This document shows, in pieces, positions 39,340 to 48,748 of a DNA stretch of 64,000 nucleotides. This stretch comes from an uncultured virus (IMG/VR IMGVR_UViG_3300034629_000093) (Duplodnaviria; Heunggongvirae; Uroviricota; Caudoviricetes). The translations under genes and the position numbers were made by a program. Under the pieces are notes generated by a model. It had not been told where the DNA came from. It did not search any database and saw only the letters and a program-made list of their open reading frames with translations. The first letter of the stretch is position 1. Each line of letters opens with the position of its first letter. The DNA lies in IMG/VR virus record IMGVR_UViG_3300034629_000093; one strand, 5' to 3'.

Positions 39340-40875
39340 ATGAAAAAAATAATTGCAGTAACAGCACTATATATATTCAGTTTCTCAGGGTTATACGCTC
39401 AAGAAAATAATATATACGACACAATCAACAACCTTACCACCCAGCATCTATATACAGAAGTAATAGATCTGTATAAAAAAAACCAATCTGAAATCTACTC
39501 CCTAAAAAACGACAGTTTATTATGGACCAAATTCCGGGTTTCAAGAGCCTACTTCAACGTGGGCGACATATCCACAGCTGCAGAATTGATAAATACCGCC
39601 ATAAAAGACAGTAACGCTGTATCCTCAAAAGATCTCCAGCTAAGGCTTAGGCTCTTCAATGCTCACATTCTGTCCAATCAAAATAAATATCAGGAATCCA
39701 TAGAAGAATTTGATCGGATTGAGCTACTCTTGCAAGCATTAATATCTCAGAACAAAGCTATAGATAATGTTTTGGAGGCAAATTATGCTAAAGAAAAATT
39801 AACCACGAACTATATAAACAAAGCAAACAACTATTACTATTTAGGAGATTTAGAGCAATATCATTACTTCACTAAACTAGCATACGATTTATCAGATCAG
39901 GTTCGCTTTACTCAAAATACCGAGACGGCCAATAACGCATTTCGACAGCACTTAATAGCCTCCCGTAATTTAATAGAATACTACGAAATTACAGAACATT
40001 GGGATACAGTAATTTCAATGCTCACAGAATACGAGGCCAAATTAATAGAGATAAAAACCTCCGAAACAGAAATAGTACCCGATATAGAAAAAGAAATATC
40101 CAGGTACAAACTTAGAAGAGCTGTTTACTTAAAATCAAAGCAAAACAAATACCACCAAGCCCTCACGTTAATCGAAGAAGTATTAACAGATATCAACAGA
40201 TCAGAAAATTATGATATTTTCGAAGATGCAGTATATCAAAAAATAAACATCCTATTTACACTAAAAGAATATAAAAACCTCGAAGAATTCTTCACTGCAC
40301 TACATGCTAATCCATTAGTAAAAAGAAATCCCAATTCTCTGGCACTTTTAACCGCTCGGGAACTACAATACTACATAATAAAAAACAAACCCCAGCTTGC
40401 TCAGCTCGCTCAAAAGAAATTACAAATGTTGAACCTCGAAAACGTAAACACCAAGGTTCAAAGCGCGGTGATCCATACATTAATAATGTATCACACATCA
40501 ACCAATAACGATTATACCGCCCGTCTGTTATTAGAAAATATCATAAAGCAAAACCTTCAAAAAGAATTCAATGCAACGTCTCAAAACATTGAAGCCACTC
40601 TAATTCTATTATACCAAAAGTACAAATACGAAAACGAAGAACCTCGATCATTCAATGAAGTCCTAACTATCATTCTGAAAGACTACAAAGACAACCAAGT
40701 GCAAGAATGGGTTTTTAAAAGCAATTCACGAACGTTAATTGCCATGCTAGTGAAAGCAATAATGATACTGCCTGTCTGTATTGGAATATGGTACTTCTTC
40801 TTCAGAAAAGAAACAAATCGTATACTTGGGTCAGATACGTACCAAGATATAAATTCATCTTTATCAGGCTACTAA
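39340..40875 (+). CDS. Exported TPR-like helical protein with C-terminal TM anchor
   Basis: Signal peptide, TPR-like helices (AYFNVGDISTAAE, YYYLGDLEQ), TM near the C-terminus, no kinase domain. Confidence 0.75.
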   Translation: MKKIIAVTALYIFSFSGLYAQENNIYDTINNLTTQHLYTEVIDLYKKNQSEIYSLKNDSLLWTKFRVSRAYFNVGDISTAAELINTAIKDSNAVSSKDLQLRLRLFNAHILSNQNKYQESIEEFDRIELLLQALISQNKAIDNVLEANYAKEKLTTNYINKANNYYYLGDLEQYHYFTKLAYDLSDQVRFTQNTETANNAFRQHLIASRNLIEYYEITEHWDTVISMLTEYEAKLIEIKTSETEIVPDIEKEISRYKLRRAVYLKSKQNKYHQALTLIEEVLTDINRSENYDIFEDAVYQKINILFTLKEYKNLEEFFTALHANPLVKRNPNSLALLTARELQYYIIKNKPQLAQLAQKKLQMLNLENVNTKVQSAVIHTLIMYHTSTNNDYTARLLLENIIKQNLQKEFNATSQNIEATLILLYQKYKYENEEPRSFNEVLTIILKDYKDNQVQEWVFKSNSRTLIAMLVKAIMILPVCIGIWYFFFRKETNRILGSDTYQDINSSLSGY

Positions 40876-41354
40876 TAACTATTTTTCAGTTTTTTAGCCT
40901 TTTCAAAGATCTTAGATACAAGCTTTTTATACAGATCATCCCGTTCAACATCAGATAAGTCGTAAGCTGTCTTTATCCGGAAAAGAATATCATCCCTCAT
41001 ATTCTCAAGGTCTTTAAAAAACACATCAATCGGATCATCACTATCCAGATAATCCATGATCTCAGTAATACTACGGTAATTAATAGGCTCCTCATTTACA
41101 ACGCCGTTCTCTCCGTTCAACTGTAAAGGACCGTTCCCGTTCATAACCCAATTCCAGTTAATACCCGAATCCGTATAAAACTTAATAAGATCATCATCCG
41201 GCATCTGCCCGCGCTCAATCATACTCATTTTACTCTGCGAAACACCCCTCTCCAAAGCCAAATCCTTCTGGCTTATATCCAGGATCTCCGTTCTAAATCG
41301 CTTCAAACGCAATCCGCGGGCTTTATCAAAATTTTCTACTCTGGAACTTGTCAT
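40872..41354 (-). CDS. XRE-family phage repressor
   Basis: SQKDLA...VSQSKMSMIERG, INWNWVMNGNG. Confidence 0.9.
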   Translation of the reverse strand: MTSSRVENFDKARGLRLKRFRTEILDISQKDLALERGVSQSKMSMIERGQMPDDDLIKFYTDSGINWNWVMNGNGPLQLNGENGVVNEEPINYRSITEIMDYLDSDDPIDVFFKDLENMRDDILFRIKTAYDLSDVERDDLYKKLVSKIFEKAKKLKNSY

Positions 41355-41376
41355 ATTGTAATATAATTTACATATT
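41348..41376 (+). promoter_or_regulatory. Rightward early promoter with palindromic operator
   Basis: TTGTCA-N17-CATATT with TGTAA-N6-TTACA at 41357-41372. Confidence 0.6.
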
Positions 41377-41420
41377 TAATCACTGTCGTTGAACTCAACA
41401 CTGTTGAATAGTAATAAAAA

Positions 41421-41786
41421 ATGCACACATCTAAAAATATTACAAAAAAGCACGGTATCCTTAAGTGCGATATATCATTATTAGTAAGGGCTTTAGACCA
41501 CGCAAAATTAATTCATGCGCACCGATTAAAACTAACCAGGCTAAGCAATAAAGACGTTCTAATGTGTCTGGGTATTGATTCAGATCGTAGTATGGTAACA
41601 AAAATCCTATACGATACTGACCGCTCAAAAAAGAAATTACACAGTATACTCTCGTTCATTGAATCTGCTGATGCTAATCTTCTACCCCAGTCGGTAAAAG
41701 ACTACATGCACAATACCGGATTAGAGTTCGATTTAGATGTCGTAAATAAAACCATCCAAAAAAACATCCAAGCTCATGTCCACTGA
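41421..41786 (+). CDS. Cro-like protein
   Basis: First gene divergent from the repressor. Confidence 0.5.
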   Translation: MHTSKNITKKHGILKCDISLLVRALDHAKLIHAHRLKLTRLSNKDVLMCLGIDSDRSMVTKILYDTDRSKKKLHSILSFIESADANLLPQSVKDYMHNTGLEFDLDVVNKTIQKNIQAHVH

Positions 41787-42147
41787 TTTTTACAAAAAAC
41801 GAGTAATAGATCTTACTGTCGAAGAATTAGCGCACGTAGTTAAAGAAGCCTCCAGAAAAGACCTCGAAGAAATCAACAAAAAAATAGAAGAACATGAAAA
41901 CGCCCTTGCGCTCCAGGCACCAAGCTTCGATCGTAAAACAGCAGCCAAATACATTGGCGGTAAAAGTACCGCCCACATCAGTAACCTCATTCACAAATAC
42001 AACCTACCGCTAACACAATGCGGAGCTGCAAAAAGAATATTAAAAACCGATTTAGACCATTTCCTTAAAGGTGGCCAATTCGATTCAGAAGGCAACTCAA
42101 TACCAATAACGCAAAATAAAAAGATAAAGCTATTTAAAAACAGCTAG
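41776..42147 (+). CDS. Excisionase-like HTH_17 protein
   Basis: DRKTAAKYIG...ILKTDLDHFL. Confidence 0.7.
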   Translation: MSTDFYKKRVIDLTVEELAHVVKEASRKDLEEINKKIEEHENALALQAPSFDRKTAAKYIGGKSTAHISNLIHKYNLPLTQCGAAKRILKTDLDHFLKGGQFDSEGNSIPITQNKKIKLFKNS

Positions 42148-42203
42148 TTATCTAAAATAAATAAACAGCAAAAGAACACTAAATAAGTAAGAAAGCTGCA
42201 ATA

Positions 42204-43040
42204 ATGAGTAATGATGAAGGATTTATCAAATTATACAGAAAGTTCTTTCGCCACGAATTTTGGACAGAAAAAAGAACACTCAGCAAAGCAGAAGCTTGGA
42301 TATGGATACTATATCAGGCAAGGTACAAATCCGATCCCGGTAAAAAAATAATAGGTAAAAAATTAATCGTATGGGAACAAGGCGAAATAGCAGCATCACT
42401 CACATTCCTTCGCAAAGCATGGAGCTGGAAAAACAACTCCAACGTCAACAACTTCTTAAAATACTTAGAGCGTGAAGAAATGATATATATAGACAGCTCA
42501 CAAGGAGTAAATGTAATTAGTTTGGTAAACCACCAAAAATACAACCAGCAAATATATAATGATGCCGCGGTTCCCCCGCTCGAAAGCATAGCAAAACCCG
42601 AAGTTTCAAAAACCAAACCACAAACCAATACCCTAAACTCCCAAACACAAGAAATACTGGAATACTGGAATCAATGCAATGGCACCCGGTTAAAATCCAC
42701 CAAAGAAAGAATGCCCCAAGTCAGGGCCCGGCTCAAAACCTTTTCCATAGAAGAAATAAAACAAGCCATACTAAACAGGGCAAACTCCACATGGGTAAAA
42801 GAAAACAATCAACAATCCAATACAGATCCGGTACTCCGGTCCGACAAAGATTTAGAAATGTGGTTAAACAGAGATCCCGAATCAAAAAAAACAAGTAAAT
42901 CCGCAACCAATCAAAAGCTATTAACAAAAAAAGAAGCCCAAAACCTAGCTGATCAGCGACGCATAAAATTCGACGAAAGCAATTTCGAAGCCATAAAAAA
43001 AGGCACCCAATACATGTACCACCCACTATTTATGAGTTAG
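42204..43040 (+). CDS. Phage replication initiator
   Basis: GFIKLYRK, EAWIWIL..A, L.KAWSW, C-terminal ILEYWN...RARLK.FS.EEIKQAI. Confidence 0.85.
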   Translation: MSNDEGFIKLYRKFFRHEFWTEKRTLSKAEAWIWILYQARYKSDPGKKIIGKKLIVWEQGEIAASLTFLRKAWSWKNNSNVNNFLKYLEREEMIYIDSSQGVNVISLVNHQKYNQQIYNDAAVPPLESIAKPEVSKTKPQTNTLNSQTQEILEYWNQCNGTRLKSTKERMPQVRARLKTFSIEEIKQAILNRANSTWVKENNQQSNTDPVLRSDKDLEMWLNRDPESKKTSKSATNQKLLTKKEAQNLADQRRIKFDESNFEAIKKGTQYMYHPLFMS

Positions 43041-43048
43041 TCCCTAAT

Positions 43049-43095
43049 GATGAGGAACCTGAAAGCTCCTCATCCTCTAAAACAGTTCTTTAACA
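43049..43095 (+). promoter_or_regulatory. boxB-like hairpin and boxA antitermination signal
   Basis: GATGAGGA-ACCTGAAAGC-TCCTCATC then AGTTCTTTAACA (E. coli boxA is TGCTCTTTAACA). Confidence 0.6.
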
Positions 43096-43107
43096 TAATG
43101 AAAATAA

Positions 43108-43203
43108 GAAGCCATTCAATTGTAGTGGAATAGGCACTGGCGTTAAAAGCGCTATTTATCTCACGGTGCCTAGCTTGCAAAAGTACTACGATTGTCTGGC
43201 TTC
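43108..43203 (+). ncRNA. Putative multi-stem structured RNA
   Basis: GAAGCCA/TGGCTTC, CAATTGTAGT/ACTACGATTG, TAGGCACTG/CGGTGCCTA and a GCAA tetraloop hairpin. Confidence 0.6.
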
Positions 43204-43209
43204 CCAAAA

Positions 43210-43408
43210 TTGAGTGAGGTGGCGGAAGCGTTTAATTGTATCTCTGTACATAGGGAGAGTAAATCAGGATCGAAACCTGAATACAGTTACTCGAAAAGTA
43301 AGGCGGTGCAGTCCGAAAGATCCACACTGCATGACTCCGGGCAAAGGCTGACTGTGGATAGTAAGCTGGTTAATCGGGATACAGGTATCGAATCCTGTCC
43401 TCACTCAA
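43210..43408 (+). ncRNA. tRNA-like RNA with a long insert in place of the anticodon arm
   Basis: Acceptor AGTGAGG/CCTCACT, TGGCGGAA D-arm start, T-arm ACAGG-TATCGAAT-CCTGT. Confidence 0.7.
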
Positions 43409-43430
43409 CAAATTAACAGCGCTTCAATCC

Positions 43431-43464
43431 TCCCCCTCCTCGGGAGGGGATAAAGGGGAGGGTC
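43431..43464 (+). repeat. REP-like palindrome, copy 1
   Basis: CCCCTCCnnGGAGGGGAYAAAGGGGAGGGT, also at 47898, 56939 and 57970. Confidence 0.85.
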
Positions 43465-43635
43465 ATTCTGAATTCTAAACTCCTGAATTCTGAACTCCTA
43501 CCTTCTACATTCTCGTAACGCGCAACAAACCACCTTCGGGAAAATCCCGAAAACCCTGCTAATGGCAATGCTAACCCATCAGCAGAAACCAAATCACAGG
43601 ACAGAAATCTCTCTCTCTTGTGCTTTCGAAAACGT

Positions 43636-43669
43636 AATCCGGAAGGAGATAGAGCCCTTCCGGATTTTT
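43636..43669 (+). terminator. Intrinsic terminator-like hairpin
   Basis: AATCCGGAAGG-N9-CCTTCCGGATT followed by TTT. Confidence 0.65.
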
Positions 43670-43699
43670 AAACCAACAACCACATAAAACCCCAAAACA

Positions 43700-44074
43700 A
43701 TGAAAGTCGAAATTGAACTAAACGATTTAAATTCATTAAAAACCAAACTTGATAGAAGTGAAAAAACAATTAAGGATTTAGAAAAACAGATAAAAGACCT
43801 AGATCCCGAAGCACTTAAATCTCAGGCAGTAGAGTTATCAAAAACTATGTTTGAGAAATATATGACCGCAGTATTCCAGCAATTAGGATTCGACAATAAA
43901 GACGATATGTACGATGCATACTCAATAGATTGGGCTCCTGACTTAAAACTACATTTAGGTAAAAATTGGTATGAATCTCAAGAATTAAAAGTAGAATTAG
44001 CAGCTAAAATATCACCCGAATGGAAACAAGCCTTTTTAAGAATGGGCGTTCAAATAAAAAAGCCCCTTGCTTAG
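43700..44074 (+). CDS. Phage hypothetical protein (coiled coil)
   Basis: 124 aa ORF. Confidence 0.7.
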   Translation: MKVEIELNDLNSLKTKLDRSEKTIKDLEKQIKDLDPEALKSQAVELSKTMFEKYMTAVFQQLGFDNKDDMYDAYSIDWAPDLKLHLGKNWYESQELKVELAAKISPEWKQAFLRMGVQIKKPLA

Positions 44075-44188
44075 TCCGCCACGGACATTCACAAGGGGCA
44101 CCAACAACCAGGAACCACCCTGGAAGAACCCAAATCTACTGAATAAACCAACCACCAACAACCACATAAAACCAAAAAACCACTCGAT

Positions 44189-44908
44189 ATGTCTAATCAA
44201 ATACCTGTACTCACACCAAAAAAAATAGAAAAAGAGCTGCAAGCTTTTATCGCAAAAGATGATTTACGCCCACCAATGATGCATATCCACAACGATGGTG
44301 AATATATAGTAGCGTCAGACGGCCATCTTTTAGCTGTTATTGATATATCACTTTACCCACACTTGGCAGATGTAGGCAAGAAAGTAGAAGGTTATCCCAA
44401 CTATAAACCCTTTTTAAATCCCCATCAGGATTTATACGATCCCATTACCACCGAATCATTCATTCTCCCCGATGATAAATTCGAAATGGAAGATATATAC
44501 GATAAAGTAGAAACTAACTGCAAACAGTGTAAAGGTTCTGGTGAAGTCGATCACGATTGTTTTTGTCAACACTGTACAACCAAATACGAAGAATGTTCGG
44601 AATGCAAAGGTGAAGGTAAAATAATTACCTCATCCACCAAACCAATTGGTAAAGCTAAAGTACCAGGTCAATACGTAATGATCAATGAATCCTGCTTCAA
44701 TGCAAACTATATAAATCAAGCCTTCAAGTTCTTTAAAAATATTGGAAAGACAAAAGTTAAAATAAAAACCAACCTCGAACTCGCAAACAAAGCAATGACA
44801 ATCGAAGCTGCGGGTATTATGGTAACCGTTATGCCACTTCTTCAATCACCAACTGTTAAGGAAAACATAATCCATACGCATACCGTGCCCCTAAAACCCA
44901 ATCCTTAA
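44189..44908 (+). CDS. Beta-clamp-like protein with DnaJ-type zinc-finger insert
   Basis: DDLRP..., VASDGH, YPNY, FNANYI, VMP; CKQCKGSG...CSECKGEG. Confidence 0.65.
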   Translation: MSNQIPVLTPKKIEKELQAFIAKDDLRPPMMHIHNDGEYIVASDGHLLAVIDISLYPHLADVGKKVEGYPNYKPFLNPHQDLYDPITTESFILPDDKFEMEDIYDKVETNCKQCKGSGEVDHDCFCQHCTTKYEECSECKGEGKIITSSTKPIGKAKVPGQYVMINESCFNANYINQAFKFFKNIGKTKVKIKTNLELANKAMTIEAAGIMVTVMPLLQSPTVKENIIHTHTVPLKPNP

Positions 44909-44979
44909 TCTTTAATCCTTAATCTTTAATCCTTAATCCTTAATCCTTAATCCCGCGAAAGCGGCAAACCCCAACCGCT

Positions 44980-45309
44980 ATGTTTAAATTCCTAAAAAAA
45001 CTGTTCCAGATCGTAAAAGAATACGATTCAGACAAAGCCGAACTAAAAAATAGAATCAGCCACGCTACAGAATTCATCAAAGATCGAACAGAGATCCACT
45101 CCGACGTTTACATGAATTCACCCCATCAAGTAATAATGATAGGCCGGTACAAAAACCGAGATCACGTAGAAATTTATGAAGTAGGGGAAGGAGATTTTGC
45201 AGAGCTAATAGATCACTTAAAAAAACTAAAACCATACACAACACCAGGTCGCTTCGATTCACCCTGGCCCATGGTACACCACACCATAGACACCGAACTC
45301 CGCACCTAA
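44980..45309 (+). CDS. Phage hypothetical protein
   Basis: 109 aa ORF bracketed by heptamer repeats. Confidence 0.65.
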   Translation: MFKFLKKLFQIVKEYDSDKAELKNRISHATEFIKDRTEIHSDVYMNSPHQVIMIGRYKNRDHVEIYEVGEGDFAELIDHLKKLKPYTTPGRFDSPWPMVHHTIDTELRT

Positions 45310-45355
45310 CTCCTAAATTCTAACTCCTAAATTCTAACTCCCGCGAAGCGAAAAA

Positions 45356-46783
45356 ATGTCAACCCAACAATCAGATCCACGAATACCGCCACAAGCTCCC
45401 GAGATAGAAGAGCAGATACTAGCCGCCATCATCACCGATAAGCGCCTAGCCGACGATATAATGTCATTCGTCAAAAAAGAATGGTTCTACTACTCCCGGA
45501 ATCAGAAGATATTCGAGATACTTCAGAAGCTCCACCAAGCCAACGAAGCCATAGACTTACTAATTGTAGAACAGAAACTCGAAGATTCAAAACTCCTCGA
45601 AGAAATAGACAAATTCTACATATACGATATAACCAAGAACTTCTATCCAACCGAAAACTTCCAAAACTGGCTCCTCATCTTCAAAGAAAAATGGATGCTC
45701 AGGGAAATCATCACACAATCCAACAATGCCCTCAAAAAAGCCTACGACAATCAGGACCCGTTCCTAATCATCGAAGAAAACAACAATGCGCTCGATGGGC
45801 TCATAACCAAAAATACCTCCAAATCCGGAAAGCTACTCATAGAAGGGATGCAAGAAGTCCTCTCCGGAATAGAAACACGGATGCAGTCCCCCAACAAATA
45901 CATTGGATACCCCACAAGGCTACCCATCGACGAACTCACATCCGGCTGGCAAAAAACCGATTTAATCATAATAGCAGCAAGGCCATCAATGGGAAAAACC
46001 GCCCTCGTAATAAACAACGCAGTAGAAATAGCCGACAATCCCAACCCCGAATACCAAACACCCGTAGCCATATTCTCGCTCGAAATGAGCCACAACCAAT
46101 TAACCAACAGGATATTATCCTACAGATCCAAACTCAACTCCGAGTTCATGCGCGACGGTAAACTCAAACCCGAAGAATTCAAACACCTAGTAGAAATTGC
46201 ATCAAATCAAGTAGCAGATCTCCCTATAATCATAGACGAAACACCGGCCATAACACTCACCCAACTCAAAGCCAAAGCAAGATCCTATGTACGCAACCAC
46301 GGGGTAGGGTTGATCATTATTGACTACCTCCAGCTAATGAGCGGAGAAAAAACCACCCAAAATAGAAACGAAGAAATAGGCACCATCAGTCGAGGCTTAA
46401 AAGCCCTCGCCAAAGAATTAGAAGTACCCATAATAGCACTATCCCAACTAAGTAGGGCGGTAGAAATGAGAGGAGGGGACAGGCGCCCACAAATGTCCGA
46501 CCTCAGAGACAGTGGAAGTATAGAGCAAGACGCCGATGTCATAATGTTTCTATGGCGACCGGAATACTACAAGATAGACGAATGGAACGGGCAGCCCACC
46601 CACGGAACAGCCTACGCCATAATAGCCAAGCAACGCAACGGCTCCGTCGGGGAAAAAAAACTAAACTTCCACAAAGAAACCGGAAGGTTCAGTGCCCCCG
46701 GCGATCACCTAATGAGCAAAGCAGAACAAGGAGAAGCCTACATCCCCAAAACCAATTTTTACGAACCCGATGATCCATTTTAA
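45356..46783 (+). CDS. dnaB: Replicative DNA helicase
   Basis: AARPSMGKT, FSLEM, IIDYLQL, LSQLSR, DLRDSGSIEQDAD, KQRNG. Confidence 0.97.
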   Translation: MSTQQSDPRIPPQAPEIEEQILAAIITDKRLADDIMSFVKKEWFYYSRNQKIFEILQKLHQANEAIDLLIVEQKLEDSKLLEEIDKFYIYDITKNFYPTENFQNWLLIFKEKWMLREIITQSNNALKKAYDNQDPFLIIEENNNALDGLITKNTSKSGKLLIEGMQEVLSGIETRMQSPNKYIGYPTRLPIDELTSGWQKTDLIIIAARPSMGKTALVINNAVEIADNPNPEYQTPVAIFSLEMSHNQLTNRILSYRSKLNSEFMRDGKLKPEEFKHLVEIASNQVADLPIIIDETPAITLTQLKAKARSYVRNHGVGLIIIDYLQLMSGEKTTQNRNEEIGTISRGLKALAKELEVPIIALSQLSRAVEMRGGDRRPQMSDLRDSGSIEQDADVIMFLWRPEYYKIDEWNGQPTHGTAYAIIAKQRNGSVGEKKLNFHKETGRFSAPGDHLMSKAEQGEAYIPKTNFYEPDDPF

Positions 46784-46867
46784 TTTGTAATAAGAAATAT
46801 TTTTTGCATATTGCGCAAAACCAACAACCAGGCACCACATACTGTGTTGCTTACCAAAACCAAAAAG

Positions 46868-47164
46868 ATGCACAAACCGCCACCACCAAAAACAAAGCTG
46901 CAAACCCAGCTCCACGGATTAGTTCTTCGCAACCTCCGTCGCCACAACATAACACCGGCAAACCAAAAACAGTTAAATCAAGCTGTAGACGATATAGTAA
47001 CCAGTATATCAAACAAATTACCCGCCGGTACTATGCTAATCAATCAGGTACAAGCCCACACGCCTGAACAGATCTTAGAACATATAGAAAATCTAGTATT
47101 AGTAAAAACGGAAACCACCCGCTTTCAAAAGCTAATGAAATGGGTAAAAGAGAAGGTGAAATAA
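46868..47164 (+). CDS. Phage hypothetical protein
   Basis: ORF in the operon; start uncertain. Confidence 0.5.
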   Translation: MHKPPPPKTKLQTQLHGLVLRNLRRHNITPANQKQLNQAVDDIVTSISNKLPAGTMLINQVQAHTPEQILEHIENLVLVKTETTRFQKLMKWVKEKVK

Positions 47165-47491
47165 ATGCAAACCGCCATACAGATACCCAATCAGCCACAA
47201 GCAACAATCACACCCGGCAGCACACAATCCAAGATCAGCATATCAGTGTTGCTAAACTGCATACAAAAACACTGTAACAAGCAGCCGGTAGTAAAAGAAA
47301 TCACAGACAATGTGATCATCATTCAATGCGATCCCAAGCCAAGCACAACCCGAACCAATAGGTTAGAACAAACCAATCAAGTAATCCAGCGGTTAGAAAA
47401 AACCCACACAGTAATACGCCACAGCAATGCAATATCACTATGGTACATGCTAACCCCCTTCCGCATCGAATTCCAAACCCCACAGCCATGA
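47165..47491 (+). CDS. Phage hypothetical protein
   Basis: Abuts the previous stop. Confidence 0.55.
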   Translation: MQTAIQIPNQPQATITPGSTQSKISISVLLNCIQKHCNKQPVVKEITDNVIIIQCDPKPSTTRTNRLEQTNQVIQRLEKTHTVIRHSNAISLWYMLTPFRIEFQTPQP

Positions 47492-47739
47492 GTGATATTA
47501 TTTACGGCATGATAGGCCTACTGCTTATTGCCTTCTTCTTTTATGCCAGCGAATATGAAAAAGAGCTTATTGATCCAGATCAATACAAAGGCTCAATAGT
47601 TATAGATAATGATGATTCTTTCCTTAGAAGTATCACGATTCTGCAACCCGATAGCACAATTATTTCACTAGAAGTATACAAAATAGACTTTCAAAAATAC
47701 CAAATCGGCGACACCATCAAATCCACCCAAACCCCCTAA
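47488..47739 (+). CDS. Small membrane-anchored protein
   Basis: N-terminal TM, C-terminal YQIGDTI. Confidence 0.6.
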   Translation: MSDIIYGMIGLLLIAFFFYASEYEKELIDPDQYKGSIVIDNDDSFLRSITILQPDSTIISLEVYKIDFQKYQIGDTIKSTQTP

Positions 47740-47897
47740 CACTCTGTAACTCTGTAACTCTGTAACTCTGCAACTTCTTAAATCTTAAATCTCATATCTC
47801 AAATCTAAAAAAATGACCATCGCCCAACGCTTCATAGCCGCCACCCAAACCGAGAAAATGCAAAACGCAATCAGTACCCAGCCAATGCCCACAAATC

Positions 47898-47998
47898 TTC
47901 CCCTCCACGGGAGGGGACAAAGGGGAGGGTTTTCCTTTCCCCCTTCGGAAGCCTGTGCTGAACTTGATTCAGTAGGGGTGCCCGCAGGGCGGGGGAGG
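47898..47998 (+). repeat. REP-like palindrome copy 2 plus composite palindromes
   Basis: Copy at 47898-47930, then TTCCCCCTTC...TGCTGAACTTGATTCAGTA...GGGGGAGG. Confidence 0.75.
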
Positions 47999-48229
47999 TC
48001 CTTCGAAGGGAATGTCCGCCCATTATCCGGGCAGTCCCCAATCCGCAAACCATCCACCAAACCCCGCATCACAAACAACCTCCCAACCCAATAACCCCAT
48101 AACACCATAGCACCCCAACACCCCAACACCATAACACCCTAACACCATGAAAGAACAAAAGAACACACTAGCGCACCTACTAAATCAGGGAGCACCTGAT
48201 AAATTTGATGATAAAGCAGGAGGTAAGTG

Positions 48230-48748
48230 ATGAAAAGGATAGAAGTATCAGACGAGACATATGAATTCTTAATGGATTTATCCAAAGAGATCAACACTCA
48301 GGACAACAGAGCGACAGCAAAACCTTACTACTTTTCGGTAATGGAAACAGTAGAAGAAGCTACTGGTGAAGGGATGGGTGAAGAGGTTTGGGTTTGTGAT
48401 GGTAGTATAGCCCTTAGAACTAAAGAGGATATCAAAGAAGCTGTATATGAATGGAAAGATTGGGATTTAGAAAACAAAGACCACCAAGAGAAATTCAATA
48501 AGCTAAATAGTTTCGAAATAGATGAGATACTAGAGAAAAACTACCGTAAGGTATCTATAACGCAGAAAGAGAGACACAGTAATTGTTTTCTAACATTTAA
48601 GGCTTACAAACAGCATGTAAAAGTCAATGGTCATAACCTAAAGAACCCCCAAAGCTTTCTTAATCATGCTTACCGAAATGAAGAAATGGAAAGGCTATTC
48701 GATTTTCTAACTGGATTAACAGAAGAACCTAATATTGGAGGTAAGTGA
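48230..48748 (+). CDS. Conserved phage hypothetical protein
   Basis: L.KEINTQDNRATAKP motif seen in phage early regions. Confidence 0.75.
   Translation: MKRIEVSDETYEFLMDLSKEINTQDNRATAKPYYFSVMETVEEATGEGMGEEVWVCDGSIALRTKEDIKEAVYEWKDWDLENKDHQEKFNKLNSFEIDEILEKNYRKVSITQKERHSNCFLTFKAYKQHVKVNGHNLKNPQSFLNHAYRNEEMERLFDFLTGLTEEPNIGGK

Noticed and set aside
43213..43406. Canonical tRNA or tmRNA
   Set aside because: No anticodon arm at the normal position; too short for tmRNA and no recognisable tag reading frame.
43192..43416. 74-aa ORF
   Set aside because: TTG start, no protein features, and it coincides with the tRNA-like fold.
45481..46161. 226-aa overlapping ORF, and similar ones at 51972, 52256 and 61422-61832
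   Set aside because: Shadow frames over dnaB and other real genes, explained by the compositional skew.
47785..48132. ORFs on both strands (93-115 aa)
   Set aside because: Mostly translated REP palindromes and octamer repeats; a short real N-terminus at 47813 cannot be excluded.
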